NCBI RefSeq assembly: GCF_001447785.1
Contig: NW_015163109.1
Location: 75,400-139,399, forward strand
Direction of reading: 5' to 3'
Length of the DNA stretch: 64,000 nucleotides
DNA from: Gekko japonicus
Taxonomy: Eukaryota
The position numbers and the translations under genes are program-made. How positions within the stretch are numbered: the stretch's first letter is position 1; each line of letters begins with the position of its first letter. Of this stretch, positions 49,445 to 61,110 are shown in pieces. Below the pieces are notes generated by a model that searched no databases, was not told where the DNA came from, and worked only from the letters and a program-made list of their open reading frames with translations.

Positions 49445-51291
49445 TTGTTATAGAATTTTTATTGCTTTTCACTATAAACTACAAATCTACACACTACATA
49501 TTCAGAGTAGCAAGGTACAATAATGATCTATCTTTCGCTTTGGATGTTTCCCTATATATTCAAGTTTACAATATACCGTTTAATTTCTACATAATAAGTA
49601 TTCAAATAGAAAGAACAAAAATTTCTTAATTTTAGTATCGCATATGGGCAATAATATACATTCTTTAGATTCTGACATAGAGAAATCTCAGAACTTCATT
49701 TGAATGTCTTCTTGTCTTTACGCTTCTTCTTCTTCTTTTGCCAGGGGATTTTAACCTTAGAAGATCTGGGTGCAGCAGCTCCCAAATAAGAATCAAAGTC
49801 AGAGTGAAAGATTTCACCCAGGGACATCGAAGTAGATGAGGAGCTGTTGGTGGCTGATGCCTGATGATCGCTTTTTTCTTCTGTCGCCTTCTTTTCCTCT
49901 GCTTCTTTTCTTTTTTTTGTTGGAGTTTGATGTTGCTTCAGGAATGCTTCTGCTTTAGAGAGAGAGTCAATCTTTTCCTTCTTCTCTTTGTAGTTGAATA
50001 TAAGACCTTCTGGTAAAATCCATCGGTATTGGACATTGTTCTTTTGAAGGAATGTTGTGATATTTCTGTATTGCTTCCTCTTCTTACGTATTTCATATGG
50101 AACATCTTTCAGTACGTTTATCTCTTCCTCTTGGATTTTTAATGTTGTGGCAGTAGAAGCTTTAAGTATCGAGTCTCTTGTTGATCATTTTGCAAATTTA
50201 ACAAATATTTCCCCTGAAAGATTATTTTTTTCCACAGACTCTGAATAAGTTCTATAAATCATGTCTATGTCTGCTTGCAATATTTCATGTTTGCTGTTGA
50301 TCAAGGGGGCCAATGCTTCACTTAAGATTTCATCTTTTTTTTCCTGGTACCCCTTGAAATCTTAAAACATATAGGGAGCTTTCCACTTGCAATTGTAATA
50401 ATTGTTGTTTTTCAGAAGCTCTTTCTTTCTCAGCAATGTCCATTCTTTGATCCATCTCTTTGGTCTTAGTTTCGACCTGTTTTAGCTTTTTGACCGTCTT
50501 CTCTGATTTGTCTTTGGTTTATTTCAACTCCTTCTGCAAATCATCAAATTTCTTATTGTGATTCATCGGCTGATCCAGCAGGGGTGCAAGGCTTCAGAAA
50601 TCGTACCAGTTAAATCGGTGGTAGTTTCCGGTCTTGTGACCGGTGATGCTGTGCTGGTGCTTCCTGTGGTGCCTCTGGACGCCATTTCCCTCCCCACGTT
50701 GCGACATTGTTTACATTAAGGTAAAAGTACTTAAAAGTTCTAAGGTTTTTCTCTGGATTGAATAATGCGCCCCACCGCGATCCGCTTGGATTGGGTGGGT
50801 TTCTAACAGCTTATTGTCAGCTTGCTTCCTGTTTCGCTGCTTTTTGCGCTATAGGGTAGGGTTCCTCCTCCTGAGAGTTTCCCTCCCCTTCCTCTAAGGG
50901 GCTTTGCCATCTCACTGTCAGTTCCTCCACCCTCTTTACTTTTGTCTTTCTTTTGAAACTTGTTAACTCACTATTTTTTTCGCTGGGTGTCATCCCATAG
51001 GGAGAGTCCTTTTGCTTAAGTCCTTGCGCACTCTGGTTTGGTAATGTCTCAGGTCGCCATATCTAGTCTTGGGGCAGCGGGACCTTAAAGAGCAAATAAG
51101 AGCCTCAATCCTTCAGCCGCGGCTTTGGGAGTGACTCCTCCTACGCTCTAGGCTAGAAGCTCCCTGCAAGAGCTTCGTGGGGGGGGTCAAAGGCTTCCGA
51201 ACCCCCTCCCTGCCGCCTCGATCCGAATCACATCCATCAGAGCTCGATGGAGTGCGTTCGTTTGCGAGTCGCCAAAAACCGGAAGTCCTCC
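49445..51291 (-). mobile_element. ORF1-only L1-type retroelement 2 (half-L1-like), apparently full length, 1847 bp
   Basis: 13-bp TSD TGAGCCTGTTTTG at 49432-49444 and 51292-51304; CpG-rich 5' UTR beginning GGAGGACTTCCGG; ORF1; about 250-nt 3' UTR with AATAAA at 49458-49463; no ORF2. Confidence 0.85.
49696..50685 (-). pseudogene. Disrupted L1 ORF1p-like gene of element 2
   Basis: Manual translation MASRGTTG..SEALHP/LLDQ..LRFQGVP..EALAPL..DMIYRTYS..NNLSGEIFVKFAK*STRDSILKAS..LKDVPYEIRKKRKQY..YRWILPEGL..KIDSLSKAEAFLKQH..KKKKKRKDKKTFK*; 2 frameshifts, 2 internal stops. Confidence 0.8.
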
Positions 51292-51937
51292 TGAGCCTGT
51301 TTTGAATGGGATTGAACTCCCAATAAAAGAGCAGGTTTGTACTGTAGAGATGCTGCTAGTTGAAAGGAACATCCTGCCCTTGGAAGTTTAAGCAATTAAA
51401 GCACTTTTACCTGCTAAGGCTTTTAAAAAAGTATTTCTGTTCTTAGTCATTTTATCTGGCCACTTTAAGATTTTATGATCTATTTCACGTATCATTTTAT
51501 ATGTTTTTGGCTGGCTGCTCTTCTGATTTTGATTACACTGTGATTTTAATGGGTCTTCTGTTGTTAATCTATCATTTTAGTCTTATACTGCTTTTATTTT
51601 ATATTCATACTGCTGGTTTGGATGGTTTTTACAGCTGATTGAGTTGGGTTATTATTGGTATGCTACTGTGATTATTGGTTGATTATTTCTGCCTTTGTTT
51701 TTAATGTAGTAAGCTGCCTCCAGTGATGTGGGGTGGAAAATTTTTAATGGAAAGTTTCCCAATGCTATATTTTTCTGTGGAAATTTTTCTGCCCCATGTA
51801 TATAAATGTAGTCAGTTCATTGTTCATTTATATATAGTTTCCACAGGGCCATTGTCCTACAAATCAATCATGTCCTGCAAATTAATCATGTCCCGCAAAT
51901 CAATCAGGGCTAAATGGGATAGATGGGATATGAATAG

Positions 51938-52132
51938 ACTTGCCAACCCTGGGTTAGGAACTACCTGGAGATTTGGGGGGTGGAGCCTGAGGAGGCTGGG
52001 GTTTGGGGAGGGACTTCGTAGATTCCACCTTCCAAAGTAGCCATTTTCTCCAGGTGAACTGATCTCTATCATCTGGAGATCAGTTTTAGTTCCAGGAGAT
52101 CTCCAGTCACCACCTGGAGGTGGACATCCCTA
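51938..52132. mobile_element. GGGTTGCCA-family MITE
   Basis: TTGCCAACCCTGGGTTAGGAACTACCTGGAGATTTGGGGGGTGGAGCC..CACCTGGAGGTGGACATCCCTA. Confidence 0.65.
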
Positions 52133-52659
52133 AGCATGGACACACCCCAGTGCCTGTACATGGCCCAGGTTTGTGCATGGTGTATTTGTCTTCTTTTGTT
52201 AACATGATTTCAATTATTTCTTTAAATTTAAATCAGGAAATTTTCCAGTTCACATTTCCCACAGCACTGGCTGCCTCAAACATTTCCTTCTGGAGAGGCA
52301 GCATAGGAGGCCACGAAATAAAGAAGGTTCTGCGGTTCTGGTTAGCCATTTGACACCAAAGATTATATTTTAGTATCGTTTTCTTTTAGTTGGTTATCAT
52401 AAACTTTTTTTTTGTTTCCTGTTCATTGGCTTCACTCACCTTCTTTCAGTTGCATCAGTATAGACTATTGAAATGTTCTGTATTTTCTGACAAGGGAACT
52501 TGGTTAGAGAGACAAAAGAGTTTTGTGCTCCATTCTTCTCTAGACTGTGGCCCAGAATTCTGTGACGGGGGCAATTCAGAATGCTGCCTTGAGGAACACC
52601 AGCTGCAGAGGGCTAATGGTGAACACAATAAAAGTAGTTTCAGAGGGTGGCTTTGTTGG

Positions 52660-52840
52660 TCTGCATTAGAACAACTGGATCTCAGGTCAGGAGCACCTTT
52701 AGGGACCAATAAGATTTCCAGGGTATGAGCTTTTGAGAGTCATATCTCTGATGAAGAGAGCTTTGACTCTCAAAAGGTTATACCCTGAAAAACCTGTTGT
52801 GCCTCTAAGGTGCTACGGGGCTCAACTCTAGCTGTCCTAT
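52660..52840. mobile_element. Inverted pair of Penelope pLTR fragments
   Basis: CAGGGTATGAGCTTTTGAGAGTCA followed by TGACTCTCAAAAGGTTATACCCTG. Confidence 0.6.
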
Positions 52841-53464
52841 GAGAAAAGTAATTCCTTCCATGTGTGTGAGATTCATTTTTAATCTCTCTTAAATATGCAA
52901 GCCAGTTTTTACTTGTCTTCTGTGATATTGTTATTCCCTGCCATATTCGCAGGACTGTAATCCCCACCCCACCCCCGGAAGTTTGATTTAGCCATGGGCT
53001 AAGAATACCATAACATTATAGCATAAAACCAGTCTGGGTGAAAACCAGAGTATAACGTTTAGAACAGAATTTGCTGTAGGGATCTTATTTTTTCAAACTG
53101 TCCCCATAAGAAGCAGTGTGACATGGGAGACTGCAACATAAAGAAGGAACTGACTGATTTGGTACTCTTGCTTAGTACTACAACCTCCCACACCATAATG
53201 ATCCCCCCCTCCCTTTTTCTTTCTCTTGGCTGAGCTGTCCCTTTTCTTTGTTTTGCTGTCTGTCCCACTCAGTTGTTTAAATGTGTATTTAGATATAAGC
53301 CGAGGGAATTGAAGAACCAACAAAAATCCTTCATTTGTGTATGTCTGATAATAGCACTCAAGAGGCTGATGTTAATTCATAACAAACTATTCCACTTCTT
53401 TGGGGGAAATGGTCAAGTAGATATCAGGTTTGGAACTTGGCAGGTGAACAGGCAACAGGAATGA

Positions 53465-53740
53465 GGTAACCAGTTTGGAGTAGTGGTTAGGAGCACAGAC
53501 TCTAATCTAATCCCCATTCCTCCACATGCACCTGCTGGTGTGACCTTGGGTAAGTCACAAGTTCTTTCAGAGCTGTTCTCTTACGAGCAGTTCTTGAAAG
53601 AGCTCTCTCAGCCCCAACTACTTCACAAGGTGTCTGTTGTGGGGAGGGGAATGGAAAGGAGATTGTAAGATGGTCTGAGACTCCTTCCAGCAGTGAAGGG
53701 GGGATATAAATCCAATTTCCTCCTCCTCCTCATTCTTCCA
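53465..53740 (+). mobile_element. Squam3-like SINE
   Basis: CCAGTTTGGAGTAGTGGTTAGGAGCACAGACTCTAATC..GAAGGGGGGATATAAATCC(TCC)n. Confidence 0.8.
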
Positions 53741-56438
53741 TAAACAATATATGGTTTATCACAATAAAGTAGCTGTTTTGTTATACAAAAAAGTCTTTAA
53801 TAAAAGTGTGAACAAAGGTCACTTGTCTTTCACTTTGTAGATAAACAGGCATGTCTCTTTTTAATAAAATTACTAAAGTTTGTGAAGGCAGGAGACACGC
53901 ACAGGTTTCAGTCTCTCTTCTTTAACACTTGACGAGGATCACCCCCATTTTACCAGGAGCTAGTTCTCTCAGGGAAGGACCACTTTCCCCACTTTCCTAT
54001 TTCAGGGTCCTTCACTGATCTAACTGCCACTCTCAACTATAGAATTCCATTTGTATCCCCTGTCACTCAAGGTTCTCAGGCCAGAACAAAATATTAACCA
54101 TTTACTGTCCATTATGACATCAATCCTGAGGATTCCCTTTCATCTTCATTTTGTTGGCATTTGTCTATGTCCCTTGTCCTGTGAGTGTGACCAGCCCATG
54201 TCTTCTGTCAAAATTAGGAACTTCTGACCAGTCTTGGTCTGGGAGCAGTTCCAGAGGGTGGGTGTGGACAAAAGAAAAGCAGGAGCAGACCACTTCGTGT
54301 CATCTGATTTGAAACTTGAAGGAACACTGGCTAAGTTTACCCTGATATGTACAAGCTGGGAAAAGTGAAGCTTGGTTCCATGGATGACTGTAGAGAAACT
54401 GGCCTAGACAGCAGAGGTCTATCTCTGTGACTGTTCTGTTAAGATCCACTCATGGTGCTTTCAGGCACAATACCTTGTCCTACCTTCGTCCTTCCTAACA
54501 AAAGAACCCCCAGTGACATCAGGTGATGACTGGCTCTACCTCCACCTCTTCCTCCTTCCCTTTATTTCTGCTTGGAACACTTTTCACTGTAGCCCCACCT
54601 CCCAGCCGATCACACCTTCCTTCCACAGTGAGCCTCCCTCTACCTGTTGGAAGGCTTGCTTCTGGCTTCTCCTGAACTTCCTCTGCCTTTCTTCCAGACT
54701 GTGAAAATAAAACTTGTCTCTTTCATTCTCTGGCCACTGTATCAAAGAGCTGGTATCATTCAGAATTGTGGTTACCTTCTATCTTGAGTACATACCCTGG
54801 ATTCTGACTTGCTGGTCATACCCAGTCCTGATCTTGTGCTTTCATCTCGAAATCTCCTTTGGATCATTGCCTGAATTGCTGCCCAGATTCTCACTTGGCT
54901 CCCTCGCCAAGAGGTCGATCCTGGAATTCCAGATCTCCAGGTCTACGTATGTGCAAAGTCCACTTCTGTATCAGATACCTGTATCCTTAAAAGTCACCCT
55001 AGACTACATCCCCACAGATTAGAGAATAGGTGGTAATATCTTACTCTGCTATCCTTGTCCCTTTTCTCCTCTTCTCTGTCTCATCCTCACAGAATAAACC
55101 ATCTGTGATTTGTTCCAGCTTCTACTTTCATTTCTACACCTGTCTCAGATTGTACTACCTTTGTTTTAAAGATCCCTCAGAAGTGTGTGTGTGTGTGTCA
55201 TTTCCCTGAGCTGTATGTTAAAACCTAAGCCTGCAGAAGAGAAGTTTCTGCCTTATGCTTGATTTCCCTAGAGTGAATTTGAATCCAATTAAGAAATGGG
55301 CCTCATTCGTACTGACAAGTATATAGTATCTACATGTCTTCCTAAGTGCACACAGTTAACACCCTGGATCATCAAGAGAGGCTTTTCGGAGTGGGGTGTG
55401 TGTGTTGACAGAGATCCCCTGTGTGAACTCTGCAGAATTTGTGGTGTTTTATATCTAAGCCATTGTGCTTGACATGGAAATTTAAAAGCATTGGTTAGAC
55501 TACAGTGAAAATTGAGTATGTGGGATATAATCCAAATGTTCAACTGAGATTTGACCAAATCTTGAACAAAATAGCTATTGTTTGAGTGTCAGCTAAGCAA
55601 GCTGCCATGGCTGGTAGAGGGGTGGGTGGGGTGGAGGATGGTATGTTTCATTTTCCCCGACTCGTCTTATTTTATACCCTACACCAGTGACCTTGGTACC
55701 TCGCTGCTGCTTTCCCTGAGAATGTAGACCCGTTAGGTTAGGCGGGCTTTGCTTGTTCCCTGATAGGCCTAAATCCATCAGGGGGACCCTTTGAATGATG
55801 AATGATGTATAACTCCCCCCTGCACGGGCTTGCAATCAGTTCTAATACAGAATGTATGCACAGAAGACCTGCCTTTATTGTACTCAATAGCCTTTACTCT
55901 TCTGAATGAAAGTTGTTGGGAACTGATCGCTGTGGGACTCTGACATTGAGTAACCATCAATTCTTATTTTTTTTGTTATCCGTGGAAGAAAATTAAATTT
56001 TGATTATTGATCATGTTGCTATAATGTCTTGAGTTCTGGATCCTAAGATGCTTGGGAGAAAGAGAGGTATATAAATATTTTAAATAAAAATAAACATCAG
56101 TGTGATGAAGCTAGATGTGGATATTTTCTGTAATGATTCAGTGAAGAAGTGTGCCCTGCTTCTACAATACCAGAGATACAAAACCTTCTATGGTACACTA
56201 GTGGGTACAGATCCTGTGAAGGGTAAATGCTTTTCTTAGTGTGAATCTGATTGGGCTGTGTCACCACTGTATATAGTTGAGCCCACAATATGGAGGTGGA
56301 GGGGAACACAGAGATGTTTATTACTAAGGCTTTAATGTAAGCAAAAGTTTTTTCCATACTAGCACTGACGAACTTTAACTCGTGTATATTAGTAATCTGT
56401 GGAATCATTCTTACTCATCTGTCTTTCCTTTAAAACAG

Positions 56439-56525
56439 GACATATCATTCAGGAAAGAAGATTTGTGAAAGCAGATATAAAGGAACATGAGTATGAAGTG
56501 GGGAATATTCCAGCAGAATGGGAAG
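56439..56525 (+). CDS. NDUFAF2: NDUFAF2 coding exon 2
   Basis: Pyrimidine tract and AAACAG| acceptor; (G)HIIQERRFVKADIKEHEYEVGNIPAEWE; donor G|GTAATA; 87 nt, phase 1-1. Confidence 0.94.
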
Positions 56526-58997
56526 GTAATACAATCTTGGTTCTGCTGTGGAAACATTAAATACATTGATTTATAATTGTACCAAATGTAATAATGAATA
56601 GATGCAACAGAACATAGAAGTCTAATTTAGTCAACAGATGTCTTAAAATGGTAGATTTTTTCTAACTTGCCTACGTCACTTTCTTAAAAGCCCTGTTTGC
56701 AATCCTATTCTTTGCATCCAGCAACTACAAAAAGGCTCTTGCAAAAAACTAGTGCATCTTGACCCGCTATTTGCAATCTAGATTAAGAGTTTTCACACCC
56801 AATTTATCTACTTTTAAATTCTTGTAATACTGGCTGTTAAGGAGGAAGTCATATTTTATTTAGGACTGCATTTGACTAATTCAGTTTTTATTTATCGGCA
56901 GTCCTAACTGAGATTTGAAATTGTGGCCTTTTATTTTTTTAATCATTGTTGTTTTATTTACATTGTAAGCTGCCTTGAGTTCCACAAAGTAGAAAGTCAG
57001 ATAATAAATGTTTTAAATAAATAAATGAATAAAAGTAAATTATTCAAATAGATCACTTGATTTTACAAGGTAAGAGTTGTAACCAAATCCATGACTTCAC
57101 TAATTATCTATGAAAACTTTGGAGATTGACCTTGATGCACGGTGACCACGGAAGCAAAGGCACCAGCGGAAGGGAGGGGCTGTGCCTTTGTTGCAGAGGA
57201 GATGAAGGTATCAGTTTCTGTCTATAAGATCTTTAGTCAATGGATTTCAGATACCAGATGTAAGAAAAGTCCTCTTTCTGCCCAAGACTGTGGAGAGCTT
57301 CTATCAGTTAGAGGAGATAATAGTGTCCAATGTTGGTACTGTACCAGTCATCTGATTAGAAAAATAAGGCCGTTTATATTTACTTAAAACTTTTTTCAGA
57401 TGGTTTTCCGAAGAGGAAGGATGCATTTGCAAATCTAGGCTGTTTATTTGGCTCTCCAGTGTAGAAAATAAACCATGTGCAGCAGCACACTTTTATTAGC
57501 TACATTTGCATTTTTAACACAACACTTGCTCATGCTTATAATTACCATAACATTTCCCCCCCCCTTTATGATTATAGTGGCATTGAATTGGAAGGATTTG
57601 TGAAGAGCAGGGAAATAAAGAGCATTATGAATAGTCAATAGCAGCTTTCTCTCTTTAAGCAAAGTTCCTTTCAGGGACGGGGAAGAAAATGTTCAGACTG
57701 CTTTGTTTCGCCATCCATTATTTGGGTAGAGGAGGTGTGCAGTGTATTCTTGTTTATGACAGATAGAGCAGCGAAAAATGTAGGTGATTCAGTGCTATGA
57801 ACAACATTAACAAGATTTTTTTTCTTTTTAGTTAACATTTGTACTGCTGAAATGTTTAGTTTAGTAAAAGTGATGGTGGGGGAAATGAAGGCCTTATTCC
57901 ACTTCAAAAACAAAAAACCACCCAAACCCTAAGGCATTTCTGTAACAAAGGACAAATGGGCTGTGTTAGCATCTATGTAACACCTCTTGATGTTCAAAGC
58001 ATTTCGCCTACCTACATTAAAAACATTCACAACAGTCCCCAGGTTTTGGAGATCCATGACAGTTCCTCTTCTTGTCTGTTTTGACCCTGTGGGATTTCAT
58101 CATGTTCTGCTCAGAGAGAGAAAGGTTGGGGATCAAGAGTGCCATCCTAAGTGGAATTACACCCCTTCTGATCCCAGTGAAGTCAATGGGCTTAGAAGAA
58201 TGTAACTCTGCTTAGGATAATTTCAGTGGGTCTGCAGTAGAACAGCTGGATTCAAGTCCAGTAGCCCTTTAGAGACCCACACAATTTTCGGGCTATGAGC
58301 TTTCGAGAGTAAAAACTCCCTTCATCTGCTTAGGGTGTCACTGCTGGAAGGCGAAATATGCCCTTGTGAAGGTCTTATGGGCTTATGCTACAGCTGGTGT
58401 GGAGTGCACTGGCTCACTACACCACCAGGGCGACCTACCAGCAATCCCTACTGTGGTCCCAAGTCTCCCCCCCCCCCAATATTCTCTTTGACAAAATTCA
58501 GCATGCTGGCTTTGGCTGTCGAAGCTGTGTACAAGATATACTGTCTTCTTCCATTTACCTCCATCGTAACAGTTCATGTGACCCAAGAGTGGCATCTCTG
58601 AACCAAAGATAAACTGAGATAGAGATTCTCGACTGCTACTGCTCCCATTTATAGAACTCAACAAGCACAGAGCATTTTTTTGGAGGCAGAATAAAACTTT
58701 TATGTGTAGGATGATCAGGAGTAAGGGATTTATGCTAGTTTATTGATGTGTATATTTAATTTGTTCTTAAGTATATGTAGGAGTGATTTATTTAGGGGTT
58801 CCCCCCTGCTCTGTTTAATGAATGTAGGTCATGTAACCGTCTATCTTTTCTTCTTTCTAATATGCCCAACCACCCTGTTAGGGTAGATGAAGCTAAGAAT
58901 GTGTGACTTCTCCACAGGTCTGACTTCTCTCTGCCCCAACTCCTTCCCTCTTCTGTAATTTTCCCTATAAGAATTTCCAGAATGATTTTATCCCCTC

Positions 58998-59070
58998 ACA
59001 TATCTGAAGAAGTGAGCTGTGGCTCACGAAAACTAATAAATGCTGTTAGTCTTTAATGTACCACTGGACT
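58998..59070 (+). mobile_element. Penelope pLTR fragment with minimal hammerhead motif
   Basis: TAT CTGAAGA A GTGAGC TGTG GCTCAC GAAA ACTA ATA..TGTTAGTCTTTAA. Confidence 0.6.
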
Positions 59071-59470
59071 TCCCCAAGGTCCCTTCTTTCTGGTCTTCCA
59101 TGCAGATTAGTGGTTTCAGTGTCTTCCATTGTCCAGACTCAACACAACAGAGCAATGTGTTGAGGTGTTGAAAGGGATACATGAAAGAGTTCACTGTTAA
59201 GCATCAGTACCACGTGTAGGTAACATCTTCACTCCCTCTGCTAGGGTTCACTTTCAGGAAAGAAAGCAATTTGCTTTGCTAGGGGCATTATCGTATGGAT
59301 GCAGACAACTGATAACCTTTCTACCATTTTAATTCTAAATGGTTGTCAACTGTATCTCATGACAGAATATGTCATTTGCCTCCTCCGCATGTGTCATTGG
59401 TTCCCATGAAAAGGTATCCGTCATTTTCAGCATCTGTGGAGATTTAGGAGGTTACGTGCTTCATGCTGCA

Positions 59471-59925
59471 TTTTACAGCCTGCCTGTTCTAGTCCTTTTT
59501 TTTTTTTATGGGTAACATTTAGTGATTAATGTGAGTTTTAATTTGCATGCTCACTTTTACGCTCATTACAATGCGTTATGTGCCAGTAGGAGTCTTAAAG
59601 TTCAATGAAAATCTCATGCATACTAATGAGAATGCAAATAAGTGCTGATGAAAGAATGGCAGGGTCTCAAGGTATGAAATGTCCAGTTTATCTTGCTAAA
59701 TTCTACTCAGACAAATATAGCGTTATCAAGAGCACAGACTGCAGATAGTACCATGCAGTATTTATATAATTAATGACGACTATGTAATTAGACAATTTGA
59801 ATTGCAAGCCGTCGTGGATTTTTTCAAAAGCTTTGAGAAGAACCTTGCAAAATTGGATTCCATCCATGTATACGTACATTTTCTTTGCCTTTGTCTTGTG
59901 CCAAATAAAAACTATTTTGGCTGAG
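59471..59925. other. Candidate ancient conserved element, MER121-like
   Basis: TTACAGCC..T-run..GGGTAACATTT..GATTA..AATTTGCATG..CATTAC..GTCTTAAA in the order recalled for MER121; octamers at 59541 and 59632. Confidence 0.4.
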
Positions 59926-60981
59926 GTTGCATGAAAGAGTTTTTGTATTACCGCGATGGAGCAGTGTAAAGATTTTTCACGAAGCGAGCTGTACCGAATG
60001 TATTTTCAAGCCCAAAGGACAAAAGAACATTTTTACTAATGATTAGTACGATTTTGACCTCTTTTTGCTTCAACAGTCTTTTTGTTTTTTTTAAAAAAAT
60101 TAATCTTACTGGTCCCATTGTCCTGATCGCAGTGGATACTTGAAGAAAGTACTTGTGTAATCATGTAGTGGAATCAGGCATTACTGAGGGAGAACTGAAG
60201 GATTTTATAGGTTCACATGGCTTGTGTTTTTTTAACAGAATTGAAGCAGAGACATTGTGAAGGCACTGGAATCAAACCTCTTGTTCTTCCAAAAACATCT
60301 TTTTTTTTCAACTCTGCAGAGGCATCTGCTAATGAAAAATAAATAATACTACAAATTCCTGTCGTAAACAGCCAGCCCCACAAGGATGAGAAAAGTCAGA
60401 GTGATATTGTTTTTACTATCTTTTATGGTAGCTCAAAGTTAGCTGTATGTGTGTGTGAGAGAGAGGCCAACAACAAATAATTACTCACATTTATCTCTTA
60501 AGTTTTGTTTTCAAAGCCATTCTGTGTATGCGTCACTGTTTTGTTTCTGTATGCTACTCACACCACACCTACCATTTTGTGTCCCGTTCATTTTAAAATG
60601 AATATAAACCAACAGAAGACTCAGGAGAGCAACAGCAGAAGGAGGGGAAAATGTTTGAGGGAGTATGATGGCTGACAATAGTACTTGTCTGGATGAGAGA
60701 GAACCTACGCACTTTTTCTCATGACATTTGTCTGAGAACATCACCAGGATTGCTTGGTTGAGTTCACACTGATCATGGTTATCACTGTCGCTACATCATT
60801 AGTAATAACTATGATCAGGCAACAAGGGTCAAGTATGCCAACTGCATGCCAGATCCTGGGAAGACAAAAAGGCTTTTCTTTCTTTTCAACTTGGGAACCT
60901 TTTCGCTGTGGAGATTGTCTGCCCACTAGAGCCCAGAAGGGAAGCTTTATCCAGCTGGCACAACCTAGCATTTTGCCTTAA

Positions 60982-61110
60982 TCCTGCGATCACACACAAT
61001 AAATAATCCATTTTCAATCCACTTTCCAACTGGATTTTACTGTGTGAACTGACAAAAACCAGTTGGAAAGTGCATTGAAAGTGGATTATTTAGTGTCTGT
61101 GATTGCAGCC
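60982..61110. mobile_element. Palindromic MITE, second copy of the 43443 family
   Basis: TAAATAATCCATTTTCAATCCACTTTCCAACTGG / CCAGTTGGAAAGTGCATTGAAAGTGGATTATTTA. Confidence 0.75.

Noticed and set aside
54380-55140. Possible LTR
   Set aside because: CT-rich with AATAAA, but no defensible termini or TSD
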